DNA of 64,000 nt from an uncultured bacterium (GTDB taxonomy: Bacteria; Patescibacteriota; Minisyncoccia; Phycocordibacterales; DATDWN01): contig CAIOTC010000018.1 of the NCBI GenBank assembly GCA_903861205.1, positions 11,800 through 75,799 on the forward strand, read 5' to 3'. This document shows positions 39,661 through 47,858 of this stretch, piece after piece (the first letter of the stretch is position 1; each line of letters starts with the position of its first letter). The position numbers and the translations under genes were made by a program. The notes below the pieces were generated by a model. The model had not been told where the DNA came from. It ran no database searches and was given only the letters and a program-made list of their open reading frames with translations.

Positions 39661-41952
39661 ATGACAAGGTCAATTACATCTGAAGTTTTTGATAGGGTCG
39701 TGAAAGATCAAGAAGTTTGGGATTTTAAAGTTGAAAAAAATGGAGTGTATGCTATTTCAGTTTCTGCAAAATGCAAAAATTGGAGCCAAAATTTCAGACG
39801 ATTGTTTAATGATGACGATTTAGCTGTGCAAATTGATGATTATTTGTTTGCTGAAATGAAGGGTAAAAAGCGGGAATTTGCCAGCCCCGGTTCGTGGAAC
39901 GGAAATGAAATTAAAAATAATTCAAAAACGGTTTTGTTTATTTTACCTTTAAGAAGCGGTTCTCACAAGATCACATTTTGGGTTGGCGGACAGCCTTTTG
40001 TTGAAGAAATTAAGATTTACAAGATGGAGGAAAGCGAGATTGATTTGGTTGGTGATGGTATTTTTGTATTTGAAAAATTTTCAGATATTATCATAAAAAA
40101 TCTCACAGTCGAGGAATTGAAAATATCAGCGAATGCTGGTGTTGGTTCCAATTTAGAAATGAAAGTTGATGGTGCGGTAGAAGAAAATTCAAAATATAAA
40201 AGATACAAAAAGTGGTATTGGTATGGGCGGGAGTTGAAAGGGGATTCCAGGGAATATCAAATAGCGAATGCTATGGATAATAGCCAGCACTCGTTTGAAT
40301 TTGATTGCCAAGGTAAACCAAACATTACTTCTTTCAAGTTAAAAATAGATACGGAAAATGTGGAGTATGAAGTAGGATACATAAAAATTTATAGAGATAT
40401 TATTTCAGGACATTCCTCAACGGTGTATCTTAGGTCAACATATTCAGATAAAAGTCAGATTTTAGCCGAAATAAAAGATGGCGAAAGAGTGGGAATTCAC
40501 AAAATAATTATTCCGGGCGATTATTTAGAGAATTTGTCAGAGATTTGGCACGAAGTTATTTATAAAGGAATAAAAGGTTACATTTTGTCTTCGTTTATTG
40601 AAATTGAGGGACAGGAAAGAGAAAGAATTATTGATTTGATAAAGGAAAAGTGCAATCAGTATAGCGTCGACCAAAGTCTAGTGCTTTCAATTGCAAGCGT
40701 TGAATCTCATTTCAAACCCTACGCTCGTTCCTACAGTAAAAGAAAAGGAATTTTTCAGTTGGGAGACAAAGCTTTAGAAGATGTAAGAGTTACAGACCCA
40801 TATGATTTCTACCAAAATATAGACGGCGGAGTAAGATACTATAAATCAATAGAAACACGAATTACCGATCGTGGTGATGTATTGATAAAAAGATTAGTTG
40901 CATGGCATGACGGTCCCAGTACGACTATAGATAAAATCAAAAATAAATCATTTGATTACAATAAACTTTCCGATGAGACCAAAAGTTTTATCAAATCAGT
41001 TTTGGCAAATATTCAGAAAAAGGATTGGTATCATATCATTTCAATTCCAACCACCGCACTTGTAATCTTGTTTATTTTTTCCTCAGTTTTTCTGAGTCAG
41101 AATTATTTTAACAACAAAAATGACAATATTTCAGAAACAGCTAACACAATATATAGTAGTGAACAAATTGATAAAAAATATAATTCGACAGATCTGGTCA
41201 CGTATTTTCCGGTATCGAATGAAAATAAAAATGTAGATACATCAAGATTTTTTTCTGTAATTGGTGAAAAGGAAGATATAAAAGACGAGTCATCATACTA
41301 TCCAAATGTTTTTCTTGATAAAAACGATAATGTTATATTTTTGAATTCTCAAAGAAAAATAGTTAAAAGTTTTGACGCAAAATCATTAAAATTGGAAAAA
41401 TTGCTTGGGGAATCAGATATCATGAATGATTTATATGATCCAAATTATCCAAACAACTCCTACATTGATTCGGTGGTTTTAGAAAATCCAAGCGGGGTAT
41501 TTTATTTCTCTGCGACAAACAGTTATGCTTGTGGGGCAAGTAATTGTACATATGTTTTTTATCGTTTTGATTCGAACAGTGGAAAGTTGGAGGTGTTGGA
41601 TACAGATATTTTTGGTGGAATACAAGGGCTGTATTTATCTCCAGATTTACAGAATATTATATGGGTAGCGAGTAGCTCTGGGGGCTACTGTTTAGAAGGT
41701 ACTAGTATGGGCGTAATTAATCTTTTTGATTTGAAAAAAAATATAATTAAGGATCCACTCGAAGATCATTACAGTGTCTCAAATTTGGAAAATATGTTTT
41801 GGAAAAATAATACTGAATTTCAGTTTACGATGAGTTACCAAAGTAATAATGATTGTGGTTATCTTAGATCGACAAAAGTTGATTGGTTATATAATATAAA
41901 TAATAGTATTTTAATAAAGTTAGATAGTCATTCTGAACAGAGTCATCCATAG
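39661..41952 (+). CDS. Multidomain protein with SH3b-like and SLT lytic transglycosylase domains and an internal TM
   Basis: YLRS...W.EV.YKG.KGYI (SH3b); IASVESHF..A.S..GIFQL, NIDGGVRY, AWHDG (SLT); TM near residue 465-480. Confidence 0.7.
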   Translation: MTRSITSEVFDRVVKDQEVWDFKVEKNGVYAISVSAKCKNWSQNFRRLFNDDDLAVQIDDYLFAEMKGKKREFASPGSWNGNEIKNNSKTVLFILPLRSGSHKITFWVGGQPFVEEIKIYKMEESEIDLVGDGIFVFEKFSDIIIKNLTVEELKISANAGVGSNLEMKVDGAVEENSKYKRYKKWYWYGRELKGDSREYQIANAMDNSQHSFEFDCQGKPNITSFKLKIDTENVEYEVGYIKIYRDIISGHSSTVYLRSTYSDKSQILAEIKDGERVGIHKIIIPGDYLENLSEIWHEVIYKGIKGYILSSFIEIEGQERERIIDLIKEKCNQYSVDQSLVLSIASVESHFKPYARSYSKRKGIFQLGDKALEDVRVTDPYDFYQNIDGGVRYYKSIETRITDRGDVLIKRLVAWHDGPSTTIDKIKNKSFDYNKLSDETKSFIKSVLANIQKKDWYHIISIPTTALVILFIFSSVFLSQNYFNNKNDNISETANTIYSSEQIDKKYNSTDLVTYFPVSNENKNVDTSRFFSVIGEKEDIKDESSYYPNVFLDKNDNVIFLNSQRKIVKSFDAKSLKLEKLLGESDIMNDLYDPNYPNNSYIDSVVLENPSGVFYFSATNSYACGASNCTYVFYRFDSNSGKLEVLDTDIFGGIQGLYLSPDLQNIIWVASSSGGYCLEGTSMGVINLFDLKKNIIKDPLEDHYSVSNLENMFWKNNTEFQFTMSYQSNNDCGYLRSTKVDWLYNINNSILIKLDSHSEQSHP

Positions 41953-41970
41953 CCTTGATTCAATGCAGCC

Positions 41971-41985
41971 CTAGGTTAAACCTAG
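41971..41985. repeat. AGG-N5-CCT palindrome
   Basis: CTAGGTT-A-AACCTAG. Confidence 0.6.
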
Positions 41986-42056
41986 TGATGGGGAGGAATA
42001 GAAATTTTAGGGTGTTTGTGGTATTGTGTTAGGACTTACAATTTAAATATACAATC

Positions 42057-42437
42057 ATGAAAAAAATTATTTACTTACTAATCGCCTTGCTGTTTGTCGG
42101 GGGAGTGGTATTTGTTATTGTTTCTCCGGGCAAAACTGTGACTGGCAAATATGACGCCTTCGCCAAATGTATAAAAGACAGTGGAGCCAAGCTTTATGGG
42201 GCGTTCTGGTGTCCGCATTGCCAGGCTCAAAAAGCGCGATTTGGCACATCCGAAAAATATTTGCCGTACATCGAATGCTCCACACCGGACGGTCAAGGCC
42301 AAACCCAGGCTTGCAAGGACGCCGGCATCACCACATACCCGACATGGCAATTCGCAAACTCCACCACGACAGAAGTTGGTGAAAAAGAACTGGCAGAATT
42401 AGCCAGCTCCACCGGCTGTATACTTCCACCACAATAA
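42057..42437 (+). CDS. Membrane-anchored thioredoxin-like oxidoreductase
   Basis: N-terminal TM; YGAFWCPHC, YIEC, YPTW. Confidence 0.85.
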   Translation: MKKIIYLLIALLFVGGVVFVIVSPGKTVTGKYDAFAKCIKDSGAKLYGAFWCPHCQAQKARFGTSEKYLPYIECSTPDGQGQTQACKDAGITTYPTWQFANSTTTEVGEKELAELASSTGCILPPQ

Positions 42438-42446
42438 TCATAATAA

Positions 42447-42540
42447 TCCTCCTTTTCTAAAGGAGGTGCCCGCAGGGCGGAGGATTTTAAAATTTAAAAA
42501 ATCCCTCGGCCTACAGCCACTCCCTTTAAAAAAGGGAGAA
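42447..42540. repeat. Composite palindromic intergenic element
   Basis: CCTCCTTT-TCT-AAAGGAGG and CTCCCTTT-AAA-AAAGGGAG around AGGATTTT...AAAATCCCT. Confidence 0.65.
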
Positions 42541-42561
42541 TCAAGAATAATTTACATCTTT

Positions 42562-43116
42562 ATGATTCACTTCATCCAATCAAACGCCAGCACCATCGTC
42601 GGAGTTTTGACCCTCATGTCAAATATTGTTTTCGTCGGCGTTATTGTAACCATCATTTTACATGCCGGCAGTCGAGCCAAACTGTACGCTTTCGTCCACA
42701 AATATATTTTGGAACTTCTTTTCTGGGGCGTCATGTCGGCGGTTGTCGGCTCGCTTATTTACTCAAACATTATCGGTTTTCCACCGTGCGATTTGTGCTG
42801 GTATCAGAGAATTTTCATGTATCCTCAAGCCATTATTTTGTTCGTGGCCATGCGACGGAAAGATAAAGGTATCATCGACTATCTCGTACCACTTTCTATC
42901 ATCGGCGCAATTATTGCTTTGTATCAATCTTTTGCTCAATGGGGTTTTTCCGTTGGCTCTATTGCCGGCTGTGCGGCCGTCGGAGCTGAATGCGCCAAAG
43001 TTTATGTCAGGGAATTTTCGTACATCACTATTCCATTTATGTCGTTTTGCGTTTTCATATATATAATTGTATTGAAGTTCATCTATTACAGCCACAATAA
43101 AAAATTAACCCTGTGA
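42562..43116 (+). CDS. dsbB: Disulfide bond formation protein, DsbB/BdbC family
   Basis: PPCDLCWYQRIFMYP, a second Cys pair, ITIP; the upstream GTG start lies in the repeat and was rejected. Confidence 0.88.
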   Translation: MIHFIQSNASTIVGVLTLMSNIVFVGVIVTIILHAGSRAKLYAFVHKYILELLFWGVMSAVVGSLIYSNIIGFPPCDLCWYQRIFMYPQAIILFVAMRRKDKGIIDYLVPLSIIGAIIALYQSFAQWGFSVGSIAGCAAVGAECAKVYVREFSYITIPFMSFCVFIYIIVLKFIYYSHNKKLTL

Positions 43117-43147
43117 TATTGCCCGGAGGGCACCTATATCACAGGGT
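43108..43147. repeat. Hairpin overlapping the dsbB stop
   Basis: ACCCTGTGATAT...ATATCACAGGGT with inner TGCCC-GGA-GGGCA. Confidence 0.65.
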
Positions 43148-43153
43148 AAAAAT

Positions 43154-44056
43154 ATGAAAATAATTGCAACTCACAGCTCGAAATTTCACACGGATGATAT
43201 TTTTGCCGTGGCCACGCTTTTGCTTGTGTTAGAGACAGATAAGGCGTCAGCTACGATAGTTCGCACGCGCGATCCTGAAATAATCAAAACAGCCGATTAC
43301 GTGGTGGATGTTGGAGGAATCTATGATCCGGAAAATAATCGTTTTGATCATCATCAAATTGGTGGAGCAGGAGTTGGGTTAAACAATATACCGTATTCAT
43401 CATTTGGTTTAGTTTGGAAAAAATACGGGGGAAAATTGTGCGGAAATGAAGAAGTTTCATTCGTTATAAATAATTTTCTGGTTCAGCCGGTTGATGCGCA
43501 TGACAACGGCATTGAAATAGTGAAGGATTCGATTTCCGGTTTGTACCCGTATGATCTCGATCAATTGAAATACATTTTGCTTCCGACATGGAAAGAAGAT
43601 GATGATTCAGACAACGTGTTTATGAAAGCGGTTGAATATGCAAAATTTATTTTGTCTCGCCAAATAAAAGTTGCATCGGATGAGGCAGAAGGGAAGGAAC
43701 TAGTGTTAAAAACATATCAAGAAGCAAAAGACAAACGATTGGTTATTCTGGATGAGAGATGGCCGTGGAAAGAAGTACTGGCAAAATTTTCTGAGCCACT
43801 TTATGTAATCTACCCGAAAAGAGTCGACGATACATGGTCATTAAAAACGGTCAGTGCAGATCCAACTGGTCTAGGGCTTTTGGAATTTGTTTCGCGCAAA
43901 GAACTTCCAAAAGAATGGGCTGGAAAAAGAGATGATGAATTGGAAAAAATAACCGGAGTTTCCGGAGCCGTATTTTGTCACCGTAACCGTTTTCTGGCTG
44001 TTGCCAAAACAAAAGAAGCGATTTTGAAATTGGCGGAAATTGCATTGAACTCGTAA
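43154..44056 (+). CDS. MYG1 family exonuclease
   Basis: THSSKFHTDD, RTRD, DVGG.YD, FDHHQ, SSFGLVW, FCH..F. Confidence 0.92.
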   Translation: MKIIATHSSKFHTDDIFAVATLLLVLETDKASATIVRTRDPEIIKTADYVVDVGGIYDPENNRFDHHQIGGAGVGLNNIPYSSFGLVWKKYGGKLCGNEEVSFVINNFLVQPVDAHDNGIEIVKDSISGLYPYDLDQLKYILLPTWKEDDDSDNVFMKAVEYAKFILSRQIKVASDEAEGKELVLKTYQEAKDKRLVILDERWPWKEVLAKFSEPLYVIYPKRVDDTWSLKTVSADPTGLGLLEFVSRKELPKEWAGKRDDELEKITGVSGAVFCHRNRFLAVAKTKEAILKLAEIALNS

Positions 44057-44174
44057 AGAAAACCGACAGAACACTTTTCCGGCGCATTGCGGAATGCGTG
44101 AAGACACGAGCAGGAAGAAATTTTCCAGCAGGAAAATATTCTGGCGACGGAAAAGTGTTTTGTCGGTTTTCTTT
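44055..44174. repeat. 120-bp element with 27-bp terminal inverted repeats (MITE-like)
   Basis: AAAGAAAACCGACAGAACACTTTTCCG / CGGAAAAGTGTTTTGTCGGTTTTCTTT, one mismatch. Confidence 0.7.
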
Positions 44175-44201
44175 CTCTAGATTTTCTGCTACAGTGTTCG
44201 T

Positions 44202-45170
44202 ATGGCTTTCATAGATGAAATAACACTCAACATTTATTCCGGCAAAGGCGGGGATGGTATTGTTTCGTGGATGCACGAAAAGGGAATTGACCACGCCGGT
44301 CCGGGCGGAGGCGACGGCGGACGCGGAGGCGATGTTTACCTAAAAGGCGTGCGTGATATTGCCCGACTTTCCGCCTACAAATTCGTCAAAGACTTCAAAG
44401 CCGAAGACGGCGAAAATGGCAAGGGTGGCTGTATGCATGGCAAGAAAGGCAATGACCTCATTTTGGAACTTCCGCTTGGCTGTGTTCTTCGCAATACCGA
44501 AACAGGCGAGGAAGTGGAAGTCATGTCAGAAGAGCCTTTCTTTTTTCTGAAAGGCGGCAATGGCGGATATGGCAATGAACATTTCAAAGGATCAAAGAAC
44601 AGAAGGCCAAAAGAGTTCACAAAAGGCAAAAGTGCAGTTGGCGGTTCATATTTTATTGAATTAAAGCTTATAGTTGATATAGGTTTAGTAGGGTTTCCAA
44701 ACACAGGCAAGTCGAGTTTATTAAACTCTATTACACATTCTAAAGCTAAAGTCGGTGATTATCAGTTCACAACCCTAGAGCCAAACCTCGGTAGTTTGTA
44801 TGGATTTGTCATAGCGGATATTCCGGGATTGATAGAGGGTGCCAGTGAAGGGAGAGGACTTGGACACAAATTCTTGCGTCATATAGCCCGCACAAAGGTC
44901 CTTTTGCATTGCATATCATGCGAATCTGATGATCCCATGGCTTTGTATGACACTATACGGGCAGAACTCTCTGAATACGACCCGGAACTCATCAAAAAAA
45001 CGGAGATTATCTTGTTTACAAAAACGGATATGGTTGACGGTAAGACCTTGGAAGCCAGAAAAAAGCTTTTCAAAAAACTGAAAAAAGAAGTTCTGGATGT
45101 CTCGATAATCGATGATGAGTCTGTCAAAAAACTCTCCCAGAGCCTGGTAAAAATATTGGAAAAATTGTAA
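44202..45170 (+). CDS. obg: Obg/CgtA GTPase
   Basis: Gly-rich Obg domain, GFPNTGKS, YQFTTLEP, DIPGLIEGA, TKTD. Confidence 0.97.
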   Translation: MAFIDEITLNIYSGKGGDGIVSWMHEKGIDHAGPGGGDGGRGGDVYLKGVRDIARLSAYKFVKDFKAEDGENGKGGCMHGKKGNDLILELPLGCVLRNTETGEEVEVMSEEPFFFLKGGNGGYGNEHFKGSKNRRPKEFTKGKSAVGGSYFIELKLIVDIGLVGFPNTGKSSLLNSITHSKAKVGDYQFTTLEPNLGSLYGFVIADIPGLIEGASEGRGLGHKFLRHIARTKVLLHCISCESDDPMALYDTIRAELSEYDPELIKKTEIILFTKTDMVDGKTLEARKKLFKKLKKEVLDVSIIDDESVKKLSQSLVKILEKL

Positions 45171-45191
45171 AATTGAAGTGATCCAAGAGAT

Positions 45192-45285
45192 TGTCATTCC
45201 CGTGTATACGGGAATCCAGTTTCTCAAGGACCTCTGGATCCCCGTCCCCGATCAGGTCGAGGACAGGCTCTGCGCGGGGATGACA
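45192..45285. repeat. GTCATTCCCG-type paired palindromic repeat
   Basis: TGTCATTCCCGTGTATACGGGAATCCAG...CTGGATCCCCG...CGGGGATGACA. Confidence 0.75.
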
Positions 45286-45299
45286 TAATACTTTCAATT

Positions 45300-46871
45300 A
45301 TGAGTGACTACAAAACAACTATCGGTTTGGAAATACACGCCGAGTTGAAGACCAAAACCAAAATGTTTTGCGGGTGTTTGAATGTGCCGGATGACAAAAA
45401 TCCGAACATTTATGTTTGTCCGATTTGCATGGGGCATCCGGGAACTTTGCCTGTTATAAACAAAGAGGCTGTAAAAAAAGTTTTGCTTGTCGGCGCGGCC
45501 ATTGGCTCGCAACTGGCGGACTTTACCGAGTTTGATCGCAAGAATTATTTTTATCCTGATATTCCAAAAGGATATCAAATCACTCAATACAAATATCCTC
45601 TGGTTTCCGGCGGAACTCTGGCGGGCGTGCAATTGACTCGCATTCATTTGGAGGAGGACACGGCGAGATCCCTCCACAGTAGTGGAGGAAATTTCCAATT
45701 TCCAATTTCCAATTTCCAATCAAATCCCAATGAATCAATTCTCAATAAAAATTCAAAAAACGAAAATTATAGTCTGGTTGATTTCAATCGCGCCGGTGTG
45801 CCACTCATGGAACTAGTGACCGAGCCCGTAATGCACTCAGCTGGCGAGGTCATGAAATTTGCGCGTGAGCTCCAACTTCTTTTGAATTATTTAGATGTCT
45901 CTGACGCAAACATGGAGAAGGGGGAAATGCGTGTCGAAGTGAATATTTCGGTGGCGAAGGATTTTTCCACACCAGGGTGTAACGTTGCTGCGCCGTTGAC
46001 ACCAGGTGAGAAAAAATCCTCAACACCGAGTGAGCTCAAACTAGGGACGAAAGTGGAGGTGAAAAATATAAATTCATTTCGCGCGGCGGGCAAAGCGGTG
46101 GAGTATGAATACGAGAGGCAAACAGCTCTCCTTGAGAGGGGAGAGAAAGTGGTTCAGGAAACTCGCGGGTGGGATGAGAATAAAGGTGTGACATTTTCCC
46201 AGAGGTCAAAAGAGAACGCGCACGATTACAGATATTTTCCCGATCCTGATTTGCCGAAACTTTTGATTAGTGAAATACCGGAATTATCTCTGGAAAATTT
46301 GAAAAAAAGTTTGCCGGAATTGCCGTGGGAAAAGAGAGAAAGATATGCGAAGGATTTTGGATTGAAAGGGGAGGATATAGAGACTTATGTGAATAATCCT
46401 GATGTGGCAAAGTTCTTTGAATTAGTCGCTGACAAACTTATAAAATGGGGTAGGGATGTTGTGCAAATGGCAAGCAACTATATTTCTTCGGATTTATTGG
46501 GATTAGCAAAGAATTTACTTACAGATAAATTCGGAAAGGTGACGCCGGAGGGTTTTTCGGGAATGATTGTTATGATAAAAAACGGAGATATTTCTTCGCG
46601 CGGAGCTAAAGATATTTTGAAAGTTATGTTCGAAAATGGGGGAAGTCCGGAAGAGATTGCCAAAGAAAAAGGATTGATCCAAAAAAATGACAGTGATGAA
46701 TTGAAAACAATTATGCAAAAAATAATTTCTGACAATCCGAAAGTGGTGGAGGATTTCAAATCTGGAAAAGAATCAGTCCTGCAGTTCTTTGTGGGGCAGG
46801 GAATGAAGGCGACAAAAGGAGCGGGCAATCCGGAAGTGTTGAAATCAATTGTTTTAGAATTACTAAAATAA
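45300..46871 (+). CDS. gatB: Asp/Glu-tRNA amidotransferase subunit B, with two repeat-derived insertions
   Basis: IGLEIH, FDRKNYFYPD.PKGYQI, HLEED, NRAGVPL.E, EVKNINSF, DYRYFPDPDLP. Confidence 0.97.
   Translation: MSDYKTTIGLEIHAELKTKTKMFCGCLNVPDDKNPNIYVCPICMGHPGTLPVINKEAVKKVLLVGAAIGSQLADFTEFDRKNYFYPDIPKGYQITQYKYPLVSGGTLAGVQLTRIHLEEDTARSLHSSGGNFQFPISNFQSNPNESILNKNSKNENYSLVDFNRAGVPLMELVTEPVMHSAGEVMKFARELQLLLNYLDVSDANMEKGEMRVEVNISVAKDFSTPGCNVAAPLTPGEKKSSTPSELKLGTKVEVKNINSFRAAGKAVEYEYERQTALLERGEKVVQETRGWDENKGVTFSQRSKENAHDYRYFPDPDLPKLLISEIPELSLENLKKSLPELPWEKRERYAKDFGLKGEDIETYVNNPDVAKFFELVADKLIKWGRDVVQMASNYISSDLLGLAKNLLTDKFGKVTPEGFSGMIVMIKNGDISSRGAKDILKVMFENGGSPEEIAKEKGLIQKNDSDELKTIMQKIISDNPKVVEDFKSGKESVLQFFVGQGMKATKGAGNPEVLKSIVLELLK
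45690..45765 (+). repeat. (AATTTCC)x4 heptamer tract inside gatB
   Basis: Encodes NFQFPISNFQSNPNESILN. Confidence 0.85.
45966..46036. repeat. CAC-N3-GTG hairpin element inside gatB
   Basis: TCCACACCAGGGTGTAACGTTGCTGCGCCGTTGACACCAGGTGAG plus an extra arm CACCGAGTG. Confidence 0.85.
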
Positions 46872-46885
46872 TTGATTTGAGAATA

Positions 46886-46978
46886 AAGATTCAAGAGACA
46901 AGATTCAAGAATAAAACAAATCAAAACACCGCCAAGGCGGTGTTTTGATTATTCCTGAATCATACATCTTGAATCATG
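46886..46978. terminator. Bidirectional hairpin with degenerate repeat flanks
   Basis: AATCAAAACACCGCC-AA-GGCGGTGTTTTGATT at 46919-46950, flanked by GATTCAAGA x2 and TGAATC x2. Confidence 0.75.
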
Positions 46979-46981
46979 ATT

Positions 46982-47224
46982 CTACTCCTCGATGTGTCTG
47001 ATGATTAACTTCTTTATCTGACCTTTGGTGCTTTTGCGCAAACCGGCGTTTGTCTCAATTTCGTGGATAACCTTCTCCAGATCTCCGACGCTATAAACCC
47101 TGTAGTTATTCATTGGGTGACGATGAGCTTTGAGCTTACCGTTCTTGTCCCAGTTGCGTAGGGTGAGCGGCGACACTCCTAAAATCTTCGACGCTTGTTT
47201 TATGGTTATGTATAAGTTAGCCAT
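46982..47224 (-). CDS. MerR-family HTH DNA-binding protein
   Basis: ITIKQASKILGVSPLTLRNWD..G.L...R...NNYRVY. Confidence 0.9.
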   Translation of the reverse strand: MANLYITIKQASKILGVSPLTLRNWDKNGKLKAHRHPMNNYRVYSVGDLEKVIHEIETNAGLRKSTKGQIKKLIIRHIEE

Positions 47225-47568
47225 ATTTTTAGTTTATTACATTAATAATGATTACTAAAGCTATATAAATAATGATACTAACAATGGTAATGTATATCAA
47301 GCTATGGATAATAAAAACTGTGGATAAGTGGTAAAAGAAGGGGGATACAAAATAATTTAAAATTTAGAATTTAAAATTTAAAATGAATTTTAAATTATTT
47401 AATTTGAAAATTATAAATTCAATAAAAATTAAAAATTTTAAATTGAAAATTTCACCATTTTGACCTCGTATAATCGCTTTAAACGAGACTTTTTTGTAAA
47501 AGTGATCTAATGGCTGTGTGAATGGGTGAAAAGTTGATGGGGACTTGACAGGAATTTGAAGAATTTTT

Positions 47569-47613
47569 AGACACTCGGTGATCACGTTGCTACGCCGTGG
47601 ACACCGAGTGTCT
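47569..47613. repeat. CAC-N3-GTG hairpin element, intergenic copy
   Basis: AGACACTCGGTG-ATCACGTTGCTACGCCGTGGA-CACCGAGTGTCT. Confidence 0.85.
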
Positions 47614-47686
47614 TACATGCGAGTGCAAGTTTAGCCAGACTAATCTTAGCTTATTTTCCAAAATCTCGGATTGAAGAAAAAACTTT

Positions 47687-47731
47687 CCGAGGACTGACCT
47701 CCGGTGCCCAATTTTTTGAGGTCAGACCTCC
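47687..47731. repeat. AGG-N5-CCT inverted doublet, intergenic copy
   Basis: GAGGACTGACCTC...TGCCCAATTT...GAGGTCAGACCTC; near-identical copy at 48131-48178. Confidence 0.85.
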
Positions 47732-47858
47732 GAAATTTTTTGTGAAAAATGATCCGAGAATTTGAGAAAGTCCAAAATCTCTGATTGCCGAGAAAGCCTT
47801 ATTTATCCACAGTTTTTTGCTGTAATTACACTCTGCGAACATATATAATATAGAGGTA

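Noticed and set aside
47538-47560. Minus-strand TTCAAATTCCTGTCAAGTCCCCA resembling a tRNA 3' end or att site
   Set aside because: No pairing 5' T-stem, no rest of a cloverleaf and no integrase in the window.
47225-47858. Replication origin
   Set aside because: Only two perfect DnaA boxes far apart, and no dnaA or dnaN in the window.
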